A stretch of 64,000 bases of DNA from Candidatus Poribacteria bacterium (GCA_963665235.2 CAXXLX010000001.1:1600001-1664000); one strand, 5' to 3'. Positions 28,707 through 39,070 are shown, counted from the first letter of the stretch. Translations and numbers: made by a program. The notes: a model not told the origin generated them from the letters alone.

Positions 28707-29567
28707 ATGATTTTTGGACAAGGAACACATCAGTATATCGTAGAAGAAAATTGGTGGTCACTCCCGGAAGGCTGGGAATTCGGATGGATTCCAGCTGTCG
28801 CCGTTGATTCGCAAGACCGCGTTTATGTTTATAGTCGCAGCGAACATCCGATGGTAATTTTCGATCGCGATGGCAATTTTCTCAACTCTTGGGGCGATGA
28901 CATTCTCAAGGATGCCCACGGAATTTTCATCGATGCTGAAGATAACATCTACTGTGTCGAACGCGAAACGCACGTTATGCACAAGTTTACGACAGATGGC
29001 GAATTGCTGATGACGCTCGGCACAATGGATAAACCCGGCGCAACAGGGAAACCTTTCAATCTGCCGACAGATTTGGCGCTCGGGCCTGATGGCGAAATGT
29101 TTATTAGCGATGGCTACGGCAATGCCCGCATCCACAAATACTCACCTGATGGGGAATTGATTAAATCGTGGGGACAGCCCGGCACAGGGCCGGGAGAGTT
29201 TGACCTGCCACACTGTGTTAGGATCGACCCACGGAATAGAGTCATGGTAGCAGACAGGGAAAACAATCGCATTCAATTCTTCACACTAGATGGAGAATAC
29301 ATCGAAGAATGGGGCGACCTGCTGCATCCGGACACCATCTATATTGACGAAGATGAACTCATCTACGTCGCTGAACTGGACCAACGCATCACTATCCTAA
29401 CACTGGATGGAGTCGTTGTTTCTCAATGGGGCAGTGAACGCGGCAGTACTGTTCCCGGCGAGTTTTTGGCGTGCCCCCACGGTATTTGGGGAGATTCGCA
29501 CGGCGACATTTACGTTGGCGAAGTCCAGGCGGATGCCCGACTCCAGAAGTTCATTCGGCAACGCTAA
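28707..29567 (+). CDS. NHL repeat protein (peptidyl-alpha-hydroxyglycine alpha-amidating lyase-like)
   Basis: FNLPTDLA, ISDGYGNARIHK, GEFDLPH, VADRENNRIQFF, CPHGIWGD; RBS GAGAGG before ATG 28707. Confidence 0.88.
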   Translation: MIFGQGTHQYIVEENWWSLPEGWEFGWIPAVAVDSQDRVYVYSRSEHPMVIFDRDGNFLNSWGDDILKDAHGIFIDAEDNIYCVERETHVMHKFTTDGELLMTLGTMDKPGATGKPFNLPTDLALGPDGEMFISDGYGNARIHKYSPDGELIKSWGQPGTGPGEFDLPHCVRIDPRNRVMVADRENNRIQFFTLDGEYIEEWGDLLHPDTIYIDEDELIYVAELDQRITILTLDGVVVSQWGSERGSTVPGEFLACPHGIWGDSHGDIYVGEVQADARLQKFIRQR

Positions 29568-29579
29568 TTTCCGCAGTTG

Positions 29580-29707
29580 TTCAACACCGCTCTTATGTAG
29601 GAGCGTGCTGTGCACGCGATACGAAAGGGTGTTCGGATTGCCCGAATCCTGGGGTTAGTCGTTTTTTCAACACCGCTCTTCTATAGGAGCGAGCTGTGCT
29701 CGCGATA
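29580..29707 (+). repeat. Two direct copies of a TAGGAGCG..TGTGC.CGCGAT REP-like unit
   Basis: TTCAACACCGCTCTT...TAGGAGCG(T/A)GCTGTGC(A/T)CGCGAT at ~29580 and ~29666. Confidence 0.7.
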
Positions 29708-29868
29708 TTAATAACCCCGGGTTGTCATACAAAAAAGACTTGACATCACCTCCTCTTTGTGTTATCCTTGATAGTAGTGTGCTGAGAACGCAACACTCGA
29801 TTTATGCGTGATATTTCAAATTTGTCCCTTGTCTGTGGGGGAATAGAGGATAAGGAACGGTGGCATCC

Positions 29869-31290
29869 ATGGCAGAACAATTCTCGTTTTTTCAAAAAGT
29901 CAACAAAAGTTTTGACAAAGCAGCGCAATTCACGTCATATCCGCCGGGACTTTTGGAACAGATAAAGATTTGCAACAGCTCTTGCCATTTCACCTTTCCG
30001 ATTAAACGTGACGATGGAAGTATTCAAACGATTCACGGATGGCGTGCAGAGCATAGTCACCATAAGCTGCCAACGAAAGGCGGCATCCGCTACAGCACCC
30101 TCGTCAATGAAGACGAGATAATGGCACTTGCTGCATTGATGACCTACAAATGCGCCCTTGTCGATGTACCCTTCGGCGGTGCAAAAGGGGGAATACAACT
30201 AGATAGGAAAGAGTATTCCGAAAGCGAATTAGAACGGATCACCCGCCGCTATACTTATGAACTGATTCAAAAAAACTATATCGGCCCCGGTATAGACGTA
30301 CCGGCCCCCGACTTCGGCACTAGCGAAACGGAGATGGCATGGATCTTAGACACCTATCTCACAATAGCCCCGGAGAAGCTTGACGCTATAGCATGCGTGA
30401 CAGGGAAACCGATTGAACAAAACGGCATACACGGTCGGAGAGGAGCAACCGGACGGGGTGTCGTCTTCGGTTTACAAGAGGCGTGTAGTTTCGAAGACGA
30501 TATGGAACAGGTCGGACTGTCTCCGGGGTTGCCAGGGAAAACAGTCGTTGTTCAGGGATTCGGAAACGTTGGCTCTCATACTGCCAAGTTTTTGACAGAA
30601 GCGGAAGCAATTGTCATCGGAATTGCAGAGAAAGGCGGGGCCATCTATAACCCGAACGGATTTGATGTTGATAAAGTGACGATGCATCGTGCGGAAACGG
30701 GGACAATACGCGGTTATCCGGAGGCGGTCGCCATTCAGAATCCGAAGGACATTTTGGAAGTGGAGTGTGATATTCTTGTGCCTGCAGCGCTCGAAAATCA
30801 ACTCACTGCCGAAAACGCGGAACGTATCAAGACACGCATCGTCGCCGAAGCTGCTAATGGACCTACAACGCTAGAAGCGGACAGGATTCTCCGAAAACGC
30901 GGCATTTTCATCATTCCGGATACCTATCTCAACGCAGGCGGAGTCACCGTTTCCTACTTTGAATGGCTGCGTAACCTATCGCACGTCCGATTCGGCAGGC
31001 TCGGCAGGCGGCTCGAGGAAAGCACACATAACGCCATGCTCCGCGCAGTTGAAATAGCCACAGGCTATCAATTCTCAAACGATGAACGCGAACCGATGCA
31101 CGGGGCAAACGAAGAAGACCTCGTCAACTCCGGGCTTCAGGATACCATGATAAATGCCTATCACGAAATTCGGGACATCCGTATGCAGCACAAGGACAAA
31201 AACGTTTCTATAGATTATCGAACAGCGGCATATATCAACGCTATTCATAAAATCGCGCAATCCTATATCCAGCTAGGTATTTTTCCATGA
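29869..31290 (+). CDS. gdhA: Glutamate dehydrogenase (Glu/Leu/Phe/Val family)
   Basis: KGGIRY, MTYKCALVDVPFGGAKGG, DVPAPD, ATGRGV, VQGFGNVG, EAANGP. Confidence 0.93.
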   Translation: MAEQFSFFQKVNKSFDKAAQFTSYPPGLLEQIKICNSSCHFTFPIKRDDGSIQTIHGWRAEHSHHKLPTKGGIRYSTLVNEDEIMALAALMTYKCALVDVPFGGAKGGIQLDRKEYSESELERITRRYTYELIQKNYIGPGIDVPAPDFGTSETEMAWILDTYLTIAPEKLDAIACVTGKPIEQNGIHGRRGATGRGVVFGLQEACSFEDDMEQVGLSPGLPGKTVVVQGFGNVGSHTAKFLTEAEAIVIGIAEKGGAIYNPNGFDVDKVTMHRAETGTIRGYPEAVAIQNPKDILEVECDILVPAALENQLTAENAERIKTRIVAEAANGPTTLEADRILRKRGIFIIPDTYLNAGGVTVSYFEWLRNLSHVRFGRLGRRLEESTHNAMLRAVEIATGYQFSNDEREPMHGANEEDLVNSGLQDTMINAYHEIRDIRMQHKDKNVSIDYRTAAYINAIHKIAQSYIQLGIFP

Positions 31291-32018
31291 TCAATTTAAG
31301 TGTAAACGTCAATAAAGTCGCAACATTGCGAAATGCACGAGGCGGTGATATCCCAGAGGTTATAACTGCCGTGGAGACGTGCATCCATGCAGGGGCACAA
31401 GGCATAACAGTACATCCCCGCGAAGACCAGCGACACATTAAACCGGCAGATGTTTATGAAGTCGCTGAACATTTAAAAGATATCGACATTGAATATAATA
31501 TTGAAGGTGACCCGCGTCCTGACCTGCTTGAAATGGTGTTGGATGTGAAACCCACGCAATGCACCCTCGTCCCCGTTGTCAGCGGCGAAATAACAAGCCA
31601 CACCGTCTGGGATATCCAAAAATATGCCGATGTCTTGAAACCTGTGATAACTTCTCTGAAAAATGCGGATATTCGCATTAGCCTGTTTAGTGGAACCGAC
31701 CTAAAACAGATAGAGATGACGCGCGATATCGGGGCAGATAGAATTGAACTATACACAGCCCCTTACGCAATGGCAGAGACCGAAGCCGAAATTGAACGCG
31801 AATTCACACTACTAAAGGCCGCCGCGGAAAAGGCTACCGAGCTGGGACTCGGGGTCAATGCAGGACATGACCTTAACCTTGAAAATCTACCCCTGATGCG
31901 CACATTGCCCGGACTGCTTGAAGTCTCTATCGGGCACCATTTGATGTCGGATGCCCTCTACATCGGATTGGAAACTGCTGTCAGGCGTTACCGTACGGCA
32001 CTAGGACAGGAGGCTTGA
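31287..32018 (+). CDS. pdxJ: Pyridoxine 5'-phosphate synthase
   Basis: LSVNVNKVATLRNARGG, ITVHPREDQRHI, VNAGHDL, VSIGH. Confidence 0.96.
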   Translation: MINLSVNVNKVATLRNARGGDIPEVITAVETCIHAGAQGITVHPREDQRHIKPADVYEVAEHLKDIDIEYNIEGDPRPDLLEMVLDVKPTQCTLVPVVSGEITSHTVWDIQKYADVLKPVITSLKNADIRISLFSGTDLKQIEMTRDIGADRIELYTAPYAMAETEAEIEREFTLLKAAAEKATELGLGVNAGHDLNLENLPLMRTLPGLLEVSIGHHLMSDALYIGLETAVRRYRTALGQEA

Positions 32019-32698
32019 TGAACGAAAAAATTAACAATTCCCCTGCTTTAGCAGGAAGCGATGTCAAAAACACATGTGCTATTTTCGATTTGGATGGAAC
32101 GATTATTCGCTGCTCCTCTGAACAGGTTTTTCTGAAATATTTGTTGAGCCACGGCGAAATTCCGATACCCAATATGTTGGCATGGACATCTAACTTACTG
32201 AAAGTGAAGTCTCTTCCCGAGGCGAAGTCCAGCAAAATTTATCTTCGCGGATTAGAGCAGCACCGGCTCTCTGAATTTGCCCGAACCTGCTTTGTGGAAT
32301 CAATGCTTCCGAGCATTGCACCGCATATCTCCTATCTGATAGCCGCACACCGCGAGAAAGGCCGCACGGTTATCCTTATGTCCGGTTCGTTGTCGCTCCT
32401 CGTCCAGCCGTTTCATGAACATTTTCAAACAGATATCATGGTCGCCCACGAATTGGAGGTAGTCGATGGGAAGTTTACAGGAGAACGGGTTGGGCTGCAC
32501 CCTTATGAACAGAACAAAGCCACCCTTGCACAACAGCTTGCAACGACACATGGATTCGATCTGCGCCATTCTTATGCGTATGGTAATCACCACACAGATG
32601 CCTACAAATTAGAATTGTTTGGAAACCCGGTTGCAGTCAATCCGGATAGGAAGCTCCGGCGGATAGCAAGAGAGAGAAATTGGCAGATAGAATTATAG
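32018..32698 (+). CDS. HAD-IB family hydrolase (SerB-like)
   Basis: IFDLDGTI, MSGS, AYGNHHTD, VAVNPD. Confidence 0.88.
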   Translation: MNEKINNSPALAGSDVKNTCAIFDLDGTIIRCSSEQVFLKYLLSHGEIPIPNMLAWTSNLLKVKSLPEAKSSKIYLRGLEQHRLSEFARTCFVESMLPSIAPHISYLIAAHREKGRTVILMSGSLSLLVQPFHEHFQTDIMVAHELEVVDGKFTGERVGLHPYEQNKATLAQQLATTHGFDLRHSYAYGNHHTDAYKLELFGNPVAVNPDRKLRRIARERNWQIEL

Positions 32699-32719
32699 GC
32701 AGGAGGTTGTGGAAGAACA

Positions 32720-33466
32720 GTGCGGCTTGAAAAATACATTGCAACCTCAGGCATCGCTTCTCGGAGAGCAGTTAAGAAGGCTATTCGTGCGGGGTGTGTC
32801 ACCGTCAACGGCACACAAGTGTTAATTCCGGGGCATCCCATTGAGCCACAAAAGGATTGTATTATTTTTGAAGGGAGGCAGGTTGAGCCGCTTACAGAGC
32901 ATATCTATGTCATGCTGCATAAACCCGCTGGTTATTTGACAACACGGCACGATGAACGGGGCCGCCCTACCGTGATGGATTTGTTACGGGACCTCCCGGA
33001 TACCATCTATCCCGTAGGACGGTTGGATTTGGAAACAGAGGGACTTCTCCTGTTCACAAATGATGGTCAATTTGCCTATCGCTTGACGCATCCGAGCCAT
33101 GAGATAGAGAAAACCTATCTTGCATGGATTGATGGTGTGCCAAGTGCACAAGCTATCGAACAGCTGCGTAGCGGCGTGACTATTCCGAGTGGGAAGACGG
33201 CACCTGCGAAAATTAGACAGTTAGATGTAACAATGAAGCCCATAAGCTCACCTGTGAGAAAAACGTCCAAAGCGCGGCAGATTGCAAAATTTGAAGTGAT
33301 TATTCATGAAGGGAAAAAACGGCAGGTTCGCTTGATGTTTAAGGCGATAGGGCATCCAGTTATCCGCCTAAAACGAATTCGTATCGGTAGGTTAGGATTA
33401 GGCAATCTCCAGCGGGGGCAGTATCGTTCTCTCACCCCCGCGGAAATTGATGGTTTGCGAGATTAA
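32720..33466 (+). CDS. rRNA pseudouridine synthase (RsuA/RluB family)
   Basis: S4 domain RLEKYIATSGIASRR; YPVGRLDLETEGLLL; HEGKKRQVRLM. Confidence 0.92.
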   Translation: MRLEKYIATSGIASRRAVKKAIRAGCVTVNGTQVLIPGHPIEPQKDCIIFEGRQVEPLTEHIYVMLHKPAGYLTTRHDERGRPTVMDLLRDLPDTIYPVGRLDLETEGLLLFTNDGQFAYRLTHPSHEIEKTYLAWIDGVPSAQAIEQLRSGVTIPSGKTAPAKIRQLDVTMKPISSPVRKTSKARQIAKFEVIIHEGKKRQVRLMFKAIGHPVIRLKRIRIGRLGLGNLQRGQYRSLTPAEIDGLRD

Positions 33467-34488
33467 TTGCCATCCTCAGCAGCCGCAGCTAAATCCTTCG
33501 CGCGTTTCATCATCGCTTCAGCGCGAAGCTTCCACTCTTCATCGGTAGCATGATTTGCTAACTTCTCAAGTATCGGAATCGCTTTGTCAAACTGATTACC
33601 GAAGACGTAGGTTGTACCGAGGTAGTACTGTGCAGGTTCATAAAGACTGTCTTTTGGATAGGTGTCTACGACGAGCTGAAAGTGCGTCAACGCCTTTTGG
33701 AGATTTTCGGTGTTAATCTCTCCGGCCCTGTTTCTCACTTGCTGACCGTAAGTAAGTCCTAGCTCAATGTGCAATTTCGGAATGAGCCCAGTCTCATTTT
33801 TTAGGTCTTTCTCGAATACCTTTTCGGCAATTGGCAGAGCTTTTTCAAGCTCCAGCTCTCCTATATAGAAGAGTGCAAAATGCCCGTTCAGTTTCAGGTC
33901 ATCCGGCATCTTCTTGCTGATTGGCAGTGCTTTTTCGAGCTGTTTGCGTGCCAAATAGAGAATCGCGATTTCGCGGTTCAGTTCCATATCGTCCGGCATC
34001 TTCTTCAGTTTCGCTAATTTTTCTTGGAAATCCGCCTCTGCTTTCAATGCCTCTTCCATAACCGGCGCAAACTTCTCCGGTGGTGCGTAGCCAGAGTGGT
34101 ATTTGATAAGACCGCCATCGGGGCTGACAAATAGGATTGCAGGATATCCTCTCACCCCATATTTTTCCCCTGTTTCCCGATTTATGGGCCGTTCCTCGTC
34201 TTCCGGATTTACCTTGACGGTAATGAACTTCTCGGAGAGAGTAATAACGCGTGCATCCGTAAATGTGTCGGCATCCAGCCGCTTGCACCAGCCTCACCAA
34301 TCTGTATAGAAATCCATCATAACCGGTTTACCGGTCTTCGCTGCTTCTGTCATGCTGTCCTCTATAGACTCTCCCCATTGGACCTCTTCGTTTTCTGCAA
34401 GAACAGGAAGTGATACTGTAAACAGCAAGAAGAGACTGAGCACTGTCAAATAGGGTAAAGCACGGTGAAAAGTGTAATTAAACATCAA
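33463..34488 (-). CDS. Exported thioredoxin-fold + TPR selenoprotein (UxxC, in-frame UGA at 34296-34294)
   Basis: ORFs 34294..34488 and 33463..34155 share one frame. Read-through gives MMDFYTDW-U-GWCKRLDADTFTD...KFITVKVNPE...YGVRGYPAILF with no other stop. Confidence 0.88.
34265..34293 (-). promoter_or_regulatory. Candidate bacterial SECIS element
   Basis: After the UGA: GGCUGGUGCAAG-CGGC-UGGAU-GCCG-ACAC; G-containing apical loop starting 16 nt after the UGA. Confidence 0.6.
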
Positions 34489-34638
34489 TTTTCTCCTTTT
34501 TCAAATCAATTTAAACAATCAAGTTCGTTCAAGTTTGTTCGTTTTGGGTTTACATTGCAATTAATAAGACGTTGTTTTTGAAGAAAAGTTTACGCTTGGC
34601 ATTAGGCAGGCACACCTACCGTTTAAAATCTTCTATTT

Positions 34639-34750
34639 ACCTGCGGGGAATCGCGTGCGGGTGGAGCGACAGTTAGACGGTTGACTCTATGAGTAAACCG
34701 CAGTTGCTATGAAACCGAAGCCCACGCCTTTAGGCGTTGGGTGCTATCAC
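34639..34750 (+). ncRNA. Orphan TnpB-type omegaRNA scaffold / IS200/IS605 right end (copy 1)
   Basis: ACCTGC..GCGGGTGGAG...ATGAA.CCGAA.CCCACGCCTTTAGGCGTTGGGTGCTATCAC with subterminal hairpin and TCAC end; no tnpA/tnpB ORF nearby. Confidence 0.7.
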
Positions 34751-34767
34751 ATGCAAGTTTCCACATA

Positions 34768-34824
34768 GTAGCACAAACTTCCTAGTTTGTGGCCTAAGGG
34801 TGCGAACTAGGTAGTTCACGGTAC
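34768..34824. repeat. Inverted REP doublet (GTAGCACAAACTTCCTAGTTTGTG family)
   Basis: GTAGCACAAACTTCCTAGTTTGTG followed by a degenerate opposite-strand copy GTGCGAACTAGGTAGTTCACGGTAC. Confidence 0.6.
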
Positions 34825-34889
34825 AATTATCATCATTTTTTGACTAAAATCGGCGTTTCCAAGTCTAAAAATTTATAGGTGGCAACTTA

Positions 34890-35053
34890 ACGTGAGTTTG
34901 GAAAAAATTTTCCCTTAGTATTCCGGCAACCAGCTCGCTCCTTAGGGACGCTATCTTTATAGAAGCAGAGGGACACGCCCCAAATCTTAGTCCCATCGGG
35001 ACGATACCTTTATAGGGGTTAGTGCAAACCGACATTTATTATCAAACTCACGT
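34890..35053. mobile_element. MITE with ACGTGAGTTTG terminal inverted repeats and a 7-bp direct repeat CAACTTA
   Basis: CAACTTA|ACGTGAGTTTG...CAAACTCACGT|CAACTTA. Confidence 0.72.
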
Positions 35054-35062
35054 CAACTTAGG

Positions 35063-36451
35063 TTATTTACCAACGCAGAACTGTGAAAAGATTCGGTCTA
35101 GAATATCCTCCGTTGTTGTTTTACCGACGATATCACCAAGGGCATCCAGGCTAATACGTAGGTCGACAGCGACAAGTTCCGGTGGCATGCTATCTGCTAA
35201 GCTAGCTGTAACATAATCAAGTGCTTCGTGGGCGCGGTGCAGAGCGTCTTGGTGGCGTGCATTTGTCACAATCGGCGATTCGCCAGGGACAAATTGGGGC
35301 CCGAGCAGCTCTTCTCGGATAACCGTTTTCAACGTATCAATACCTTGCCCTTCGGGAATCGCTGTCTGAACGATGCGTTTGTTTGAACAGTAAGCTTGTA
35401 ACGTTGTCGCCTGCGTAACAATAGGCAGGTCAACCTTATTCAAAATAAAGACAGCGTTGTGTGAATCCGCTACTTGCAAGAGTTCTATATCCGCGTCATT
35501 CAACGGTTGAGACGCGTCGAACATGAGCAGTAGGAATTCCGCTGTATTGAGAATGTCTTTACTACGTTGTACGCCTTGCTGTTCAACGGTATTATCTGTT
35601 TTGCGTATGCCTGCGGTATCAATGATATTCATCGGGATGCCGCCGAGGTTAATCGTTTCCTCAATTGTATCGCGCGTCGTGCCGGGGATGTCCGTGACAA
35701 TAGCACGCGCTGTCTGAACGAGTGCATTGAGTAGACTCGATTTCCCGACGTTCGGTTTGCCTAAAATACCGACATTGATCCCCTCCTTGATGATTTTGCC
35801 TTCCGAAGCGGTTTCAAGCAACTGTGTTAAGTCTGCTTGGACTGCTTGTGCCGTTTGGTGTTGGATTTCAACCTTCATAAAATCCAGGTCTTCTTCAGGA
35901 AAGTCGATGGAGGCTTCAATTTCTGCAAGTAAATTGGCAAGTCTGTCGCTGATAGCATTGACGCGTTCTGAAAGTTTGCCGGACAGTGCGTTAATTGCAA
36001 TTTTTCGGCTGAGTTCAGTTTTAGCACCAATGAGTTCAGCAACAGCTTCAGCTTGTGCAAGGTCAAGCCTGCCGTTGAGAAAGGCGCGTTGGGTGAACTC
36101 GCCGGGGGCTGCGAGCCGTGCCCCCGCCTTTATGACCAATTCTAGCACGGCTGTTAGAGGCGTATTGCCTCCATGGCAGTTAAATTCCACGATGTCTTCG
36201 GCGGTGTATGTTTTCGGGGCCCGCATAATGCCGAGGAGCACTTCATCAACAATGTCATTAGATGCGGTTGTATCGATAACATGCCCGTACGTAAGCGTAT
36301 GCGTTGGCAGCTCAGCGGGTGAGACTGCGCGTGGGGACCGGAACAGTTGGCATGCGATAGGAATCGCGAGTGCACCGCTGATGCGTATTATACCGATACC
36401 GCCTTCGCCTCTGGGCGTTGCAATCGCAGCGATGGTATCGTCAAATTTCAT
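35063..36451 (-). CDS. mnmE: tRNA modification GTPase
   Basis: DTIAAIATP, GEFTQRAFLNGRLDL, GKPNVGKSSL, GTTRD, DTAG, FSQFCVGK. Confidence 0.97.
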   Translation of the reverse strand: MKFDDTIAAIATPRGEGGIGIIRISGALAIPIACQLFRSPRAVSPAELPTHTLTYGHVIDTTASNDIVDEVLLGIMRAPKTYTAEDIVEFNCHGGNTPLTAVLELVIKAGARLAAPGEFTQRAFLNGRLDLAQAEAVAELIGAKTELSRKIAINALSGKLSERVNAISDRLANLLAEIEASIDFPEEDLDFMKVEIQHQTAQAVQADLTQLLETASEGKIIKEGINVGILGKPNVGKSSLLNALVQTARAIVTDIPGTTRDTIEETINLGGIPMNIIDTAGIRKTDNTVEQQGVQRSKDILNTAEFLLLMFDASQPLNDADIELLQVADSHNAVFILNKVDLPIVTQATTLQAYCSNKRIVQTAIPEGQGIDTLKTVIREELLGPQFVPGESPIVTNARHQDALHRAHEALDYVTASLADSMPPELVAVDLRISLDALGDIVGKTTTEDILDRIFSQFCVGK

Positions 36452-36514
36452 GTCGTCCCCCGTTTGCGCATTTTGTGAGGGTGCTGTCCGTTATTTCACG
36501 AAGGAGTCCCGACC

Positions 36515-37141
36515 TCAATAAGCGTCCTGCCTCGTGATAACCACTCTGCGCATGTCCCCCTCGCCTTGGCTATAGGTTGAAACGGCGGTGTCGTCCTGTA
36601 ATGCAAGGTGGATAACGCGCCGATCTTTCGGGGACATAGGGGCGAGGACGACATCCTGTTGGGTGCGCTTAACTTTTGCTGCGACCTGATTGGCAAGGTC
36701 GACGAGCATCTGCTCGCGTCGTTCCCTGTAGCCTTCCGTGTCCACAAATACCCTTTTCTTCGCAAGTGCGTTTTTGTTGATGATACAGTTAAGAAGACGT
36801 TCGATTGCGTCGAGGGTTTGCCCATGTTTACCGATGAGAAGTGCAGGCGTATCGGTAATCATATTGAGGTGTGTGCTACCTTCGATGAAATTAGATTCTA
36901 TGTCGCTATCAATCCCCATGCGTATCAAAATTTCCTTCAAAATCGTTTCGGGGGCTGTGGCCACATCCTCTTTAAGGGCGGCACTGATTTTTGCGGGTTT
37001 GGCACCGAAATTCAGGATTCCCTTCGTCGGTTCATTGATAATGGTAATGCTGACCTGTTCGCGAGTGGCATTAAGCTGCGTGAGTGCACTCTCAATAGCT
37101 TCTTCAACAGTATCGGCTTCAGTTTCAATATAATTTTGCAA
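36515..37141 (-). CDS. jag: Jag/EloR (KhpB) RNA-binding protein
   Basis: Jag_N domain, KH LIGKHGQTLDAI, R3H RRVIHLAL...SQGEG. Confidence 0.93.
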   Translation of the reverse strand: MQNYIETEADTVEEAIESALTQLNATREQVSITIINEPTKGILNFGAKPAKISAALKEDVATAPETILKEILIRMGIDSDIESNFIEGSTHLNMITDTPALLIGKHGQTLDAIERLLNCIINKNALAKKRVFVDTEGYRERREQMLVDLANQVAAKVKRTQQDVVLAPMSPKDRRVIHLALQDDTAVSTYSQGEGDMRRVVITRQDAY

Positions 37142-37234
37142 ACTGCTGCGCTCCTTTTATGCTGTAAGTGAGTGTTCTTTTTCTGGTACAAATTTACAGT
37201 AAAAAATCCACTTGGTGTCCGAAAGGGAAATCGC

Positions 37235-39070
37235 TTATTTGTCGGATTCGCTGGTTTGAGATGTTCTCGTTTGTAAGTATTGTTGGGCTACGGTCAGAAC
37301 GTTGTTACATAACCAATATAACACAAATCCGGATGCCCAGTTATAAAAGATGAAGACGAAGATAAGCGGCATAAATTGCATGATTTTCATCTGTGTGCTG
37401 CTTGTTGTCGGTGTTGCTGTCATGCCCCCGACGAATTTCTGCTGTAGCCATGCTGTAACACCGTTCAGAATCGGCAGAAAACGGATAGCATCTATCTCCA
37501 TAAAGATGAGTGGAATCGTAAACGGAAGTTCGTACAATGTATCCGGTGCCGAGAGGTCATCAATCCAAAATAGAAAAGGCGCGCCTCGTAGCTCAACCGC
37601 ACTTCCAAGCAGAGCAAAAAGTGCCCAGAAAATCGGTATTTGTGGGAGCCACGGGATACAACCGCCTAGCGGGTTCACCCCTTGTTCCTTGTAGATGCGC
37701 ATCGTGGCACGGTGCAGCTTTTGCGGGTTATCCCGGTGTTTTTCCTTCAATTCTGTCAACTGCGGTTGCAATTCCTGCATCTTCTTCATGGAGAGATGCG
37801 CCTTACGAGTTAGTGGATAAGAGATAACCTTGATGAGCGCAGTCAGCAGGATAATTGCAACGCCGTAGTTCTGAAAGACAGTGTGCAACCCTTTGAATAT
37901 CCAAAGCAGTGCCCAGGCAAGAGGCGCGAGGAACCCGAAATCAATAATTTTAGACAGATTGAGCGGAACCTCTGGGGCATTGGGAGCTTCTATCTGTTTT
38001 AGAAGCTCATCATCGTTTGGTCCAATATAGAGCCGGAAGACATGCGTTTCTTGCTGCGCGGGTGTAAGTTCAAACCCCGGTATCAACAAAGCGGCGGTTT
38101 CTGTAGGGGCAGCGATTTGGATGTCTTTTATATTTTCGGTTTTGGCAGTGTCTAGATGATAAATCGCCTCAAGCTGCGGGTCGGGAATCATTAACGCGCT
38201 AAAGTACTGACTGTTGAGACCTGCCCAGAGGACTGTTGCGGAGGCTTGTGCCTCCTTCAATTCTCGGGTAGGTTTTCCTGTACCGACGTAGGTTTTTGCC
38301 CCTTCACTTGTGCGCCGGCCACGTTTGCCACTCCTTCGCTCGTGCGGCAACGGGTCTCCATTAATACCCGGCCCCCAGCGAAGTTGGTAGCCGTAGAATT
38401 GAGCATTTGCAGCCTGTCCTCCCCCTAATCTCAGCGGAGTATTGGAGACATTTTGGAACGTTAATGCCAAGTCCACGAAATACGCATCTGGATAGAAGGT
38501 GAACTGCTTGGCAACCTTCAATCTATCGTCAATTGTCGTGTTGAAGGTCAGTGTCTCTTTTTCTTCTGTGTCCGCGAGTTCAATATCGGATTTATCCGCT
38601 TCCCATTTGGCATTGATTGAATCCAGATGCAGTTTTGAATCCGCAAACTGGAGGGCAAGGCAGCTAAGTGCCGTTTCTGGAATAAGGTTCAGTGGCACAT
38701 CTTTGGTACCATTTGACCGCTCAGCGAACCGCGCAGTCCCCTTTTCTGTTTTTTCTGCCAATTCCCATTTTTTGGCGATGGCAAGTCTTTCGTTAAAGGT
38801 GATGCTATAGGTCGGGGTACGAACATTCACCTTCGGGTCGTCTGGACTTTCCTGAACCGGCGTAAATACGATGTCATCTAGGTTAGGGGAACCTCTTTCT
38901 TCTTCAGCAGAAGGCGTTGGGGGCACCACACTACTAGGGGGGGTGGATGGTTCAGTTATCGAGGGGTCGTTCTGTTCTGGTGTAAGGCGATTGCCGAACA
39001 GCAAACTCCATGCAATCATTACAGCAATCATTAGAACGAGTGCAATGATATAACGTGCTCCCATTTGCAA
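37235..39070 (-). CDS. yidC: Membrane protein insertase
   Basis: NYGVAIILLT, SMKKMQELQP, NPLGGCIP, SGFVLYWL. Confidence 0.96.
   Translation of the reverse strand: MQMGARYIIALVLMIAVMIAWSLLFGNRLTPEQNDPSITEPSTPPSSVVPPTPSAEEERGSPNLDDIVFTPVQESPDDPKVNVRTPTYSITFNERLAIAKKWELAEKTEKGTARFAERSNGTKDVPLNLIPETALSCLALQFADSKLHLDSINAKWEADKSDIELADTEEKETLTFNTTIDDRLKVAKQFTFYPDAYFVDLALTFQNVSNTPLRLGGGQAANAQFYGYQLRWGPGINGDPLPHERRSGKRGRRTSEGAKTYVGTGKPTRELKEAQASATVLWAGLNSQYFSALMIPDPQLEAIYHLDTAKTENIKDIQIAAPTETAALLIPGFELTPAQQETHVFRLYIGPNDDELLKQIEAPNAPEVPLNLSKIIDFGFLAPLAWALLWIFKGLHTVFQNYGVAIILLTALIKVISYPLTRKAHLSMKKMQELQPQLTELKEKHRDNPQKLHRATMRIYKEQGVNPLGGCIPWLPQIPIFWALFALLGSAVELRGAPFLFWIDDLSAPDTLYELPFTIPLIFMEIDAIRFLPILNGVTAWLQQKFVGGMTATPTTSSTQMKIMQFMPLIFVFIFYNWASGFVLYWLCNNVLTVAQQYLQTRTSQTSESDK

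Noticed and set aside
29775-29800. TPP-like riboswitch upstream of gdhA (GCTGAGA)
   Set aside because: Only one short motif; the rest of the aptamer core is not evident.
34294-34488. Separate 64-aa protein or nonsense pseudogene
   Set aside because: The UGA sits at the catalytic Cys position and the frame continues intact; selenocysteine is the better explanation.
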